In this document: positions 39,901 through 48,920 of the stretch, one piece after another | Position numbering within the stretch: position 1 is the stretch's first letter | Layout of the letters: the number at the start of each line of letters is the position of its first letter | DNA from: Azolla caroliniana | Lineage: Eukaryota; Plantae; Polypodiophyta | Assembly: GCA_043228905.1 (NCBI GenBank) | Contig: JBHGNT010000020.1 | Coordinates: forward strand, 8,122,001-8,186,000 | DNA length: 64,000 nt | Direction of reading: 5' to 3' | The notes under the pieces: model-generated | Seen by the model: only the letters and a program-made list of their open reading frames with translations | What the model was told of the DNA's origin: nothing | The model's database searches: none | Translations under genes and position numbers: made by a program

Positions 39901-42700
39901 GCGAGGGTTGGACCCCAAACTCTACCAGCACCAAATTCATCTAAGTACTGACGCGAAGCCCATCGCTCAACGTCGGTACCGGATGAATCCAAACTATGCG
40001 GCAAAGGTAAAGGAGGAAATTGACAAGCTTCTCCGGGTCGGATTTATCCGACCAGTCAAGCAGGCAACCTGGCTAAGCCCGATAGTGGTGGTCCCGAAAA
40101 AGAACGGCAAAATCCGGGTATGTGTGGACTACAGGAAACTAAATGCCGCGACAGTGACCGACGCTTTTCCACTACCATTCACGGACGGAGTGCTAGATGC
40201 GGTGGCCGGCCACGAAGTTTACAGCTTCCTGGACGGATTCAGCGGCTACAACCAAATCCGAATGAACCCGGCCGACCAAGAGAAAACAGCGTTCGTGACG
40301 GAATGGGGAGTGTTCGTCGCGGTCGTGATGATGTTCGGATTAAAGACAGCCCCTGCAACATTTCAAAGGATAATTATGGAAATCTTCGGTGATTTTATTC
40401 CCGGTTTTATGCAGGTCTTCCTAGACGATTTCGCCGTCTACAGCCGACACGGAGAGCATCTCGATCATCTACGACTATGCTTAGAAAAGTGCCGCGAGTA
40501 CCGATTAAGTCTGAACCCGGCTAAGTGCGTCTTTGGAGTCGCAAGCGGCAATTTGTTAGGCCACGTGGTGAGTCGAGAAGGAATCGCGGTAGATCCGGAT
40601 AAGGTAAAAGCAATTCTCGACGCACCGGCACCGAATAGCGCAAAAGCTTTAAGCCGATTCCTTGGTCAAATAAGGTGGCATAGTCGGATGATACGGCACC
40701 TTGCCGACTTTGCGACACCATTGCATGCTGCTGTACATAGAGTACCTTTCCAATGGACAGAAACGGAGGAGGCAGCCTACCAAGCATTGAAGGTCATGCT
40801 GTCACAAGCTCCGGTGGTGCAGCCGCCGGACTGGAGTAAAAGCTTTCACGTCTTCGTCGACGCGTCGGACGTAGCAATCGGCAGCGTTTTGATGCAACTC
40901 ACGGAACCGAAATGGTATCGGCCGGTGTACTACGCAAGCAGGAAACTATCGAAAGCCGAACGAAACTACTCTACAACGGAACGAGAGGCATTAGGCATGG
41001 TGTACAGCGTCACAAAGTACAGGCACTATCTGCTCGGACGAAAGTTCTCCTTCCACGTTGACCACTCGGCACTACTCTACCTGGTGTCAAAGGCAGCCCT
41101 GACAGGAAAACTCGCACGGTGGACGCTGCTATTACAGGAATTCGAATTCGACATTTTCCACCGACCCGGGGTGCAGCATGCGGTAGCAGACTACCTGAGC
41201 AGGCTAGAATCCGGAGAAGCAGGGGACGGCGTACAGGACGAATTTCCCGACGCCGAGCTGTTTAAGGTCACGACGGCACCAGCAACGGAGACCACAGTGG
41301 CGGACGAAGACAAATGGTTAACCGAAATGCATCAGTTCCTGAGCACCGGAATTCCCCCGGAAAACCTGGACCGAGACGAACGCAAAAGAATGGCAGTACG
41401 GAGCAGACATTTCTGCATGGTAGGAGACACCCTCTATCACAAGGGGGCAGATGGCGTATGGAGGCGAGCAGTGCGGAGCGATGAAAAGGATCTGATCCTG
41501 AGGGAAGCCCACTGTGGAATTGCAGGCGGGCATTATGCCGGCGAAACAACAGCCCGGAAGATATGGCAGAGCGGACTATGGTGGCCGACTACCATGAGAG
41601 ATGCCGTTAAGTATAGCAGGGAATGCGACCTGTGTCAACGACTGGGCCAACCCACGGAGCAGGCCCGGATGCCACATCACCCGGTCTTGCCATTAGAACC
41701 ATTCCAAAAGTGGGGCTTGGACTTTGTCGGCCCCTTCAAGCCACCGGCAATGCGAACCGGAAATCGGTATATAATAGTGGCTACCGACTACTGCACCAAA
41801 TGGGTAGAAGCAAAGGCACTACGGGACAACACGGCGGCGTCCATGGCCAAATTTTTATATGAATGCATATGGTGTCGGTACGGATGCCCGATTGAGCTGA
41901 TCAGTGACCAGGGAGGACATTTTCTCGGGCAGGTGGTGGAAAGTTTGACATCATTCTATGCGGTAGTACACAAACGAAGCACTCCCTACTACCCTCAAGC
42001 CAACGGATTAGCGGAATCAACAAACAAAACGCTACAAAACATCCTTAGAAAAATCGTTAATGAGAACCGGACCGACTGGGACACGAAGTTGCAGAGCGTG
42101 CTGTGGGCGTACCGAACGGCGTACAAGACCAGCATCCGGACGACCCCGTTCCGACTGGCATTCGGCTTGGAAGCAGTCATGCCAGTAGAATTCCAAATTC
42201 CTAGCTTAAGAATACAGGTTAAGGAGCGGTTAAGCGAGAAGGAATCCGAACGAATCCGGCTGAAGATGCTGTTAGAACTGGAAGAAAATCGAATAGCCAG
42301 CCTGCTACAGCTAGAACTAGAGCAAAGGAGGAGGAAAGCCTTTGTAGACCGACACCGGCGCGGTAACGAAAAGGAATTCGAGGTCGGGAAACCTGTATTA
42401 CTGTTCCAGACAAGGATGGGGAGCATGCCAGGGAAATTGCGATTTCGGTGGACCGGACCATTCTGGATCACAAAGGAGTACAATGGGTCTTACCAGCTCG
42501 GGACATTGTCAGGAGAAGTTGTGGGCAAATGGGCAAATGGGTTTCGCCTAAAACCGTATAAGGGGCACATGCCAGCTAACCCCTTCAAGCAAGACCCGGA
42601 AAACCCGAATGGCGAGGAACCGACACCGACGCGTAACAACGACGAAGAACCGACAACAGTGCGCACCGACCCGAACACATCGGGGGGAACCGAACAATGA
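36938..42700 (+). CDS. G2 single-frame Gag-Pol polyprotein (Gag, 3 CCHC knuckles, PR, RT, RNase H, INT)
   Basis: Uninterrupted ORF, likely start MSRQNND; motifs IIDGGSGVN, VFLDD, VFVDAS, H-H-C-C, LDFVGP/SDQG/AE. Confidence 0.95.
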   Translation: MSRQNNDHITERGRRHAERQRRREALQQAVDEIRSDRSFSTTLRQIAENALQFQVLQASDEGSSITSLQEAETLLQTLAGGDGDAAAFATLEADSDSGESVGSRYKSSHGNNPFESDHSATSEPEEELTLEFGDRQSPRREERIPTPPAEEPQERLSTPPAEEPQERLSTPPAEEPQERIPTPPAEEPAQENQWDDTMPYPYPKYRDEPDGEAHVYAFLRTWEANHVSQRLTEAEADRSKVAEFGMTLEGPAARWHDKHLPGSFATFEALKTQFLRLFHRRVEQRELVGQFYTTRQGENETVPQFIIRFQTLHSQLARAPPEEEAKAVFLAALKDPLRAMCGIIDFSTSTMDQVIDRVLEMDNTSPFLPMGALHQALPKEEDLRFRQALQCTTCLNSGHSTVDCTLRAQCMICNSRAHTTNQCEYNLLTRQAAPVRHIEPRNRDPEEDRFRRDDRYRRERGDRYPDRRRDNYDREENRRDSYPRDRYDREENRRDSYPRDRYDRDESPEYERRREERRPGNRNFRRNQRRGFFRREERRDATRNDKPVAAPENQKTEDNRRGMPLPQTWEKGESSNTHRVYCYYCRKEGHYSNQCPSKTADKQPAVNMVTAEVQQVTTRSKGKAAEWEAQEAIRKQAAQWIKEANEQGTAEVRNQKMPREDEIVQPGENPTWQALQDCQIVLPLARLLQLVPRFTADLQAAVSKPTPTPAPAFFSNPEEGPAVVDTSSPAITTIVKGKEIPGTIIDGGSGVNVISRQTCDDLGIQEWEPCPFWLRMADTSSVRPTGLIRDLEVTIGGHVFRISAVVLELNVQGAYPLLLGRPWLRTAHIKQNWQKNMITFRRGKTKVRVATQPRVLTSKEATPLYAESINMLQGLPDEEVDRYLEEHPQIVPLFEVDITAAVEPYITMPDEPDKVAIRELRQAQEALEREMTISQRVKASQLEEVDLGTTEQPRPVKVAKELPKEEKQAMVALLTEFKDVFAWSYEDMRGLDPKLYQHQIHLSTDAKPIAQRRYRMNPNYAAKVKEEIDKLLRVGFIRPVKQATWLSPIVVVPKKNGKIRVCVDYRKLNAATVTDAFPLPFTDGVLDAVAGHEVYSFLDGFSGYNQIRMNPADQEKTAFVTEWGVFVAVVMMFGLKTAPATFQRIIMEIFGDFIPGFMQVFLDDFAVYSRHGEHLDHLRLCLEKCREYRLSLNPAKCVFGVASGNLLGHVVSREGIAVDPDKVKAILDAPAPNSAKALSRFLGQIRWHSRMIRHLADFATPLHAAVHRVPFQWTETEEAAYQALKVMLSQAPVVQPPDWSKSFHVFVDASDVAIGSVLMQLTEPKWYRPVYYASRKLSKAERNYSTTEREALGMVYSVTKYRHYLLGRKFSFHVDHSALLYLVSKAALTGKLARWTLLLQEFEFDIFHRPGVQHAVADYLSRLESGEAGDGVQDEFPDAELFKVTTAPATETTVADEDKWLTEMHQFLSTGIPPENLDRDERKRMAVRSRHFCMVGDTLYHKGADGVWRRAVRSDEKDLILREAHCGIAGGHYAGETTARKIWQSGLWWPTTMRDAVKYSRECDLCQRLGQPTEQARMPHHPVLPLEPFQKWGLDFVGPFKPPAMRTGNRYIIVATDYCTKWVEAKALRDNTAASMAKFLYECIWCRYGCPIELISDQGGHFLGQVVESLTSFYAVVHKRSTPYYPQANGLAESTNKTLQNILRKIVNENRTDWDTKLQSVLWAYRTAYKTSIRTTPFRLAFGLEAVMPVEFQIPSLRIQVKERLSEKESERIRLKMLLELEENRIASLLQLELEQRRRKAFVDRHRRGNEKEFEVGKPVLLFQTRMGSMPGKLRFRWTGPFWITKEYNGSYQLGTLSGEVVGKWANGFRLKPYKGHMPANPFKQDPENPNGEEPTPTRNNDEEPTTVRTDPNTSGGTEQ

Positions 42701-42723
42701 TGCGGCATATGATGAAAAAAAAG

Positions 42724-42763
<40 letters not shown>

Positions 42764-43306
42764 ACGTGGAGCTACGGGTAGAAAAGTCAAGACAAGAGGA
42801 TCAAGAAAATCATGCTAATGATGAAGGAGGTAGTTACAACCGTCACACGGGTGAACGAGCTATTTAAAGCACAGAACGTGGGGGGCCGAGGTACAGGATT
42901 TAAAACGCCGCGCGTCAATCAAGGAGTCATAATGACAGACACGTAGGAGATTCGACACACGCGCCGAAGAAGCGCAGGCATGACACGCGGCAGCAAAAGA
43001 CAGACATGCTATTCATGACAGAGCATGCGCAGGCGCCAAAAATAGGACATACTATTCGAGGCAGAGGACGTGCAGACGCCGAAATTAAAAAGTAAGATGC
43101 TAATTATGGCAGAAGATACGCAAGCGCGAAAAACAGGAAAAGGCGGCTCGAGGGAAACGCCACTATATAAAGGAAGAACCGGGGAAGGGTTCACTTTTTA
43201 CGAATTTTCCCACAAGCAAACGCAGGCTCAAGACAGCAAGATCCGACGCGCAGAACACCTACACCCCGACCTCAGACCACAGGCAGCAGCAGACGAAGAA
43301 GAAGCG

Positions 43307-46249
43307 ATGGCACTGTCGGACGGAGCGCGACAATGGCTGACAGAGAACGGATTAGGAGGGCTGCTGCGGGTCGCTGACGCTCCACCACACAAGGAACCAG
43401 AGCAGGCGGCAACAGCGGTAGACTTAGCAGAGGTCACTGAAGGAGCGGTACAAGCGCTCACAGGGATTTCGGAGGGAGGACTTCAGACGATAGAGCTACC
43501 CTCGAGCCAAATATTCTTCGAGTATTTCGGCGAATACTCCCTTAGCAGCAAGGCGTATCGCACACAGGGCGGAGAAAACCTGCTATTCGGAGAGGTGGCC
43601 CGCGCCCTGATGGAGTACGGGTTCGTGAACCCTCGTCCGGCAGCCATAGCCAAATACCGAGCAGCGATCGTCATCGCGACATTCGAAGGCCTGCAGGTGG
43701 ACTGGCTCCACTTCATCACCGAAGGACTGAAAGAGGCGATCAAGCACTTGGTGGAAGGGAAGAAGCCATGGTCCGGAATATCCCAATGGTTAACAGTGTT
43801 GGTCCCACCGGTGTCCCCCATCAAGCACAAGCAAAGAAGTCGGCAGGAGACTACCCCGAAGCAAACCATGAAACGCCGACGAATCCTAGAGAAACACACT
43901 CCAAGATGGACACAGGAAGAAGAAGCGCCGCGGGAAGAAGGATCATCCCGACAGCCGCGGGAAGAGGGATTATCCCGACAGCCACGGAAAGAAGGCTCAT
44001 CTCGACAACCGCGGGAAGAAGACTCATCCCGACAGCAAAGGGAGGAAGGCCCATCACGGCAGCCACAGAAACAGCAACAGCAACCGACAATGAAGAAGAA
44101 AAAGGCGGAAAAAGGCAAGGAGAAGGTGGCAAAGAAGACCGGCAAAAGGCAAACCGACACCGAACCAGTAACGCTCGAATCGGAACCGGTACCAGTAAAG
44201 CAACCAATAATGGCACCGACGGAGGACGCTGAAACAGAGGAAGACTCATCCGAACCGATGTTAATACTACCACCCAGGCAAGGAAAGGAGAAACGAGCGA
44301 CAAGACCGACCCCAACAGCGGACGGGACTCAGCAAAGGGCAAAAGAACCGCCTCCAGTAACCGGAACAGAAGCGACACAGGATGAAGGTCCGTCTGCACC
44401 AAAGACGGCAGAACCGGAACCGAAGGCGGCGGAGTTCGAGGAACAAAGAAAGGAACAAGCGCCGGAACAAGAGACGAGGCCGGAGAAACAGCCGGAAAAA
44501 CAGCCGGATCTAGGCACGCCTGCTGACACCAACGAAGGCCGAACAAAGGCACAATGGCTAAGGTGGTTGTCAGGGCAGTTGTCGGGAGTAGCAGACCAGA
44601 TGGAGAAAGAGGAGAAGCAAAGAGAAGAAGTGACTAGGATGATGACTAAGGATATGGTCATGCTCCGGGCACAATTACATGAGCTGCAAGAAGAGCTAGC
44701 ACAGGCAAAAGAAGGCAGCCGACAAGCACAAGATGGCACCGAGCCGGTCGGGACATCAGAAAAGCAAGCCGAACCAGAAACGGAGAAGGCCTTGCAAACC
44801 GGCCCTGAGACCGAGAAGTTAATAGCAACTTTGAAAGAAGAATTACAGGCTCAGGAGGCATTGAGAGATAACGAAAGAGAGCAGCGGAAGTTGGTAGAAG
44901 ACGACAGACGGCGAATGGAGGAAGGCCTTCGCCGAAGCAAAGCCACCAATGACCGACTACAAGAAGAAAACGGGACACTGCAAAAGGAAAAAGATAGGCT
45001 GCGCCGACGAATGGAGCAAGAAATCGAGCGGTTGCGAGAGGAACTCCGACAACAAAAGGACCGGGATGATCAGTTGCGAGCTCAGGCGAACCGACGCCTA
45101 AAACAGAAGACGGAGGAATTCGACAGACTATGTAAGGATTATAAACAGGCCACGTCGGACATCAAGAATCAGGCAGCAACGTACGACCGACAGATGGAGA
45201 AGCTGAAAGAGCAGCTCAAGGAAAACCGCTTGGAATTGTCCAAAGCAAGGGAGGAAGTATCGGCGGAAAAGACCTTGACGTCGGAACAAAGAAAGGAGAT
45301 GGAAGTACTTCGGCAGAAAGTAGGGGAGCTGACAAAGAGCAGGAATGAGGAGAAAGTGAAGTTGACTTTCGAAATCAACAAATGGCGGAGTACCTGTGAC
45401 AAGCAAAAAGTCGACTCTGAAGCTCAAGCTCAGTTAATGGCCGACATCATCAAACGGATAAGGAAGGAAAAACAAGCAGCTTCGGAACAGGCTAAAGCAG
45501 GGGTTGACCGAATTAAGTTCATCATGTCAAGTTGGAGTACCCGAGCTCAGGCCAGCATAAATGAAAGCACGGAGAAACTCTGGAAGGAATGGGCACAACA
45601 GGCAGCTGAACTGCAGATACTCCGAGCTGATGCAGAAAATCGGAAGAAAAACGGAGATGGGTTCTATAAAATGGACGAAGAAAGTATCGTCAACATCCGG
45701 GAAGAACTGTCGGAGGATTTCTATGCCCTAGCAGAAGAGCATCTCAAGGAAATCCGAGGGTTAGTAGAGAGGTTGGATGACGGGCAGCTCGAAACCCAAC
45801 TAGAATTGGAAGGGTACGAGAAGGACCGACTGCGACAGGAAGCCGAGGGACACACAACGCCGATCTCCATTAGTGAGGGCGAGCGACCGGCTGAAGAGGA
45901 CCCAACCAACAATGTACCCCGACAAGAATTACCCGAGGAAGAACTTACGGAGCAAGAGCAGGTTGATGCCGGGGATGATGCAGAGTGGAGACAGAGAAGT
46001 ATCGAATCCGGGGAGGAAAGGACACAACCAGTGGAAACCGGAGAAAGCGGTACCGGGAACGGAACGGAGGTAGAGCAGGACAGACCCGGACAGGATACAG
46101 AAGAAACACCGGTACTACCGATAGAAGCAGAGTCGGAGCAGCAAGATGCGGAAAGGCAGCCAATCCAATCGGACGTCGGAGACGGCACAGGCAAAACAAC
46201 ACTTGAAACCTCGAAGCGGAGTTTGCCTGATAATTTGGAGGAAGACTGA
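43307..46249 (+). CDS. G2 extra ORF2: ~980-aa protein with conserved N-terminal domain, long coiled coil and acidic tail
   Basis: Open frame 43070-46249; homology to G1/G3 begins at MALSDGARQW; no signal peptide or TM segment evident. Confidence 0.85.
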   Translation: MALSDGARQWLTENGLGGLLRVADAPPHKEPEQAATAVDLAEVTEGAVQALTGISEGGLQTIELPSSQIFFEYFGEYSLSSKAYRTQGGENLLFGEVARALMEYGFVNPRPAAIAKYRAAIVIATFEGLQVDWLHFITEGLKEAIKHLVEGKKPWSGISQWLTVLVPPVSPIKHKQRSRQETTPKQTMKRRRILEKHTPRWTQEEEAPREEGSSRQPREEGLSRQPRKEGSSRQPREEDSSRQQREEGPSRQPQKQQQQPTMKKKKAEKGKEKVAKKTGKRQTDTEPVTLESEPVPVKQPIMAPTEDAETEEDSSEPMLILPPRQGKEKRATRPTPTADGTQQRAKEPPPVTGTEATQDEGPSAPKTAEPEPKAAEFEEQRKEQAPEQETRPEKQPEKQPDLGTPADTNEGRTKAQWLRWLSGQLSGVADQMEKEEKQREEVTRMMTKDMVMLRAQLHELQEELAQAKEGSRQAQDGTEPVGTSEKQAEPETEKALQTGPETEKLIATLKEELQAQEALRDNEREQRKLVEDDRRRMEEGLRRSKATNDRLQEENGTLQKEKDRLRRRMEQEIERLREELRQQKDRDDQLRAQANRRLKQKTEEFDRLCKDYKQATSDIKNQAATYDRQMEKLKEQLKENRLELSKAREEVSAEKTLTSEQRKEMEVLRQKVGELTKSRNEEKVKLTFEINKWRSTCDKQKVDSEAQAQLMADIIKRIRKEKQAASEQAKAGVDRIKFIMSSWSTRAQASINESTEKLWKEWAQQAAELQILRADAENRKKNGDGFYKMDEESIVNIREELSEDFYALAEEHLKEIRGLVERLDDGQLETQLELEGYEKDRLRQEAEGHTTPISISEGERPAEEDPTNNVPRQELPEEELTEQEQVDAGDDAEWRQRSIESGEERTQPVETGESGTGNGTEVEQDRPGQDTEETPVLPIEAESEQQDAERQPIQSDVGDGTGKTTLETSKRSLPDNLEED

Positions 46250-46256
46250 AGCCGGC

Positions 46257-46297
46257 TGTGGGTTCGAAGTGCAATGCACTTTCCCACGGGCGTGCCA
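46257..46297 (+). other. tRNA-Arg 3'-half-like element in the PPT position of G2
   Basis: TGTGGGTTCG-AAGTGC AAT GCACTT-TCCCAC-GGGCGTGCCA, then TG, then the 3' LTR. Confidence 0.85.
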
Positions 46298-48230
46298 TGT
46301 GTTGGCCGGTCAGAGAAGGCAAATGGGAAAGCAAGGTCGGATCGGATAAATATAGAAATAGGAATAGAATTATTAGGAGGGACGGATCCGGTAGTTGTAA
46401 CCGATCCGGATCCGAACCGATTCGGTTTCGGTTAACGGTTGCCTACCGAGCACCGATTGTAATCTAGCCGGATGCCTATAAAAGGATCCGATGTTTTGTA
46501 ATGAAAGCGCGAAGAATTAATATAGTTTTGCTTATGCTGATTAATCTTGTCTTCGTCTGTGCTTAAGTGTAATTATCATACGCGTGTATTAACATCCTAT
46601 CCCTACCACCCCTTTGGAGAAGTGTCGGATAGACACCTGTGTTATGGCTAGTCCAGCCATACATACAACAAACACAATAAACAAGGTGCTGAGGGACTGC
46701 ATCCCGGATATCACTATCCTGGACGGATGCCGGAGGTTCGTCGTGAACCACATCAACGATTGCGATAAGGTGTTGTAGAGGCTCGAGGACACGCGACTCA
46801 CCTTCTCTGGAGAGAAATCAGCGTTCAGGCAAACGGAGATCCTGGTAGTCGGACACCTGTGCGGGCCCTATGGCCGGAAACCGTCCCCGGCGAAGGGAGA
46901 AGCCATCTCCACGATGAAGGATGATTGTGGGTCGGTTACAAAAGTCCGAAACATCCTGGGGGCGTGTGCCTTCTATCACATCTGGATTCCGCACTATGCA
47001 CATGTCGCGGAACTGCTCTACGGGTTATTGAAGAAAGGGCGCCGGTTCGAATGGAGGATGGAGCACACGGAGTCGGTCCAGAGACTAAAGGAGGCGCTCG
47101 CCACGGCACCGGCTCTCCGGAAAGCGGTTTACAGCAAGGAAGTCCCGATTTACGTGACCGTGGACACGAGTCCGATTGGGATCGGATGGGTGATCAACCA
47201 AGAGGATGACGATGGCGCAAGGTTCCCTATCCGGTTTGGTGCGAAGGTACTAAGTGAACGACAGCGAGGATACGCCCAAGTCAAGCACGAACTGTGGGGT
47301 ATCGTTTCGGCGGTTAAGGTCGACAAAGACTACTTGATCAGGGCGGAGCTAATGTACGGACAGAAACCCATCATGCCCGTTGAGAGAACGATCGTCTCAT
47401 GGACAGCAATCGATTGGTCTAACGAAATGAGCAGAGAAGAGCTGCTAGTGGCACGAATCCGGCAACTCGAGCGAAGTCCGGAAGACGTGGAACGAGCCAC
47501 GGCAAGGGTGAAAGAGGCACGGATCCGAAACAAAGCCTGGTTCGACCGAACACACCGACTCCGGCCAAGGAAGTTCGAGGAAGGTGATTGGGTGTTAGTC
47601 TACGACAGCAGTCTCGACAACCAGCATAGGTCTACACGTAAGTTTGCGAAGCGTTGGTTTAGACAGTACATGGTAACTAGTGTCAACGGCAACGCGACGT
47701 ATCATCTCACAGAGCTCGACAGGACGCGAGTAGCGACTCTAGTGACTGGAAAGCGGATAAAAGCCTTCAAGAGACGGAACGAAGCAAAACCTAACCCGGG
47801 AGCCGAAAGCGCCAGTTCAAGAGAGGATGACGAGTAACCGATGGCCCGGAATCCCTCACTAAATTCGCAATCCGACACATACCGGAGGATGTGCGGTTTA
47901 GTGGGGGTGGATGTCGTGAAGATTCCGGGCCATAAGCGGAAACAAGAGGAAACACGCAGGAACACCGGTATACGCGAGTGCACGCCTCAAGGGGAATTAA
48001 ATAGGGCAAGTACTAGGCATGAGTATAAGGAGGGGTACTAGGTAGTTAGTGCATAGACATCGCATAAGTAGGGAGAGTTACGAGGAGAGTAAATCAGGGG
48101 AGAGAATCTAGGACAAAAGTGACGGGTCATGAATGCTTGTAACGGTCGCTCCTTGTGCTATAAAAAGGGGCGACCTTTGACTGCCTTCGGGATGTGATCT
48201 AGAAAAAAGAATACGGAGAGAACGACCCTT

Positions 48231-48462
48231 TATTAAGCCATCACTTGGCCGATTCTATGGGATCTTGTGGCCTTGACGAGGTGTATGTTGCCTACCTATG
48301 CCACTCTACTCTCTATTGAGCCATCACTTGACCGATTCTATGGGATGTTGTGGCCTTGACGAGGTGTATGTCACTTACCTATGCCACTCTACTCTCTATT
48401 GAGCCATCACTTGACCGATTCTATGGGATGTGGTGCTCTTGAGGAGATGCATGTCGCCTACC
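48231..48462. repeat. 83-bp tandem repeat, ~2.8 copies
   Basis: Units start at 48231, 48314 and 48397 (tatt[a/g]agccatcactt...ccactctactctc). Confidence 0.9.
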
Positions 48463-48570
48463 CTAGAGTTTCTTACCTTATGACATGATTAATGTTTCAT
48501 ACACCTAATTGATTATTATTCTACTTATTTTCTAATTACACAAGTTATCTTCCCGCTTTCTTAAGATTTT

Positions 48571-48920
48571 TGTTGAGATACAAGCTCAAAATTGGCCAAA
48601 TTGGCTGTGCAAGCCAAGAACTGGATAGCTTGGGATCGATCGGTTAGGCCGGACCGGTGCGTAAACCAGTGCGTAGATTGGTACACAACAAGAAGCTGTA
48701 GTGGTGCGTAAACCGCAAGGCCGTTGGAAAGATATTCAACGTAGGAATATATTTTGGGAGTTAGTGTAGAGCTCACTTATGAGCATTGAAGTACGTGTCA
48801 GTACTTCTGTCAGTCCGTAGGGACTTGTATAAAAGTGCTCACTGAGCACATCCTATGTACAGATTGAGTATTATTTTTTAATTGAGTTTTGTGTGCTCTC
48901 TCTCTCTATCTCTCCCACGT
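48571..48920 (+). mobile_element. Partial LTR of the Copia D family, in opposite orientation to D, cut by a Phygy-like LTR
   Basis: Reverse-complement match to the 26716-27159 LTR, beginning TGTTGAGATACAAGCTC. Confidence 0.85.

Larger units (their letters stand above)
36515..46670 (+). mobile_element. Intact, very recent Gypsy LTR retrotransposon G2 (same family as G1 and G3)
   Basis: 371-bp LTRs at 36515-36885 and 46300-46670 with one mismatch seen; TSD AACAC; TATA (TATAAAA) at 36692; two long open ORFs. Confidence 0.97.
32576..48227 (+). mobile_element. Phygy-like Gypsy element P1 (tRNA-Trp PBS), decayed, host of G2; 3' LTR truncated
   Basis: 5' LTR at 32576-33290; PBS TGGTGAACTCGACGTGA; gag IGRFGGKDATSYL, PR ALIDHGSEINL, RT split at the G2 TSD; PPT GTGGGGGTGGA; 3' LTR at 47912-48227. 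Confidence 0.85.

Noticed and set aside
43070-46249. Retroviral-type env gene
   Set aside because: No hydrophobic signal or transmembrane segment is visible; the protein is highly charged coiled coil
46250-46297. Bona fide tRNA gene or tRNA-derived SINE
   Set aside because: Only the T-arm and 3' acceptor strand are present, with encoded CCA and an interrupted B-box; there is no 5' half, A-box, anticodon arm or TSD
36963-46334. Numerous 100-300 aa antisense ORFs within G2 and other TEs
   Set aside because: Shadow frames of GC-rich or low-complexity coding sequence with no recognisable motifs
36515-46670. G elements actually oriented on the minus strand, with TGGCACGCCC as the only PBS and antisense ORFs
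   Set aside because: The opposite end has a TGG-starting PBS rather than a minus-strand PPT, and the G2 LTR TATA box is on the coding strand. Not formally excluded without transcript data.
32291-48228. ACGACCC at both LTR truncation points as a target-site duplication
   Set aside because: The outer flanks do not rejoin into a continuous Copia LTR; likely coincidence or microhomology
48231-48462. CRISPR-like array
   Set aside because: Head-to-tail units with no unique spacers, no cas genes, and a eukaryotic context
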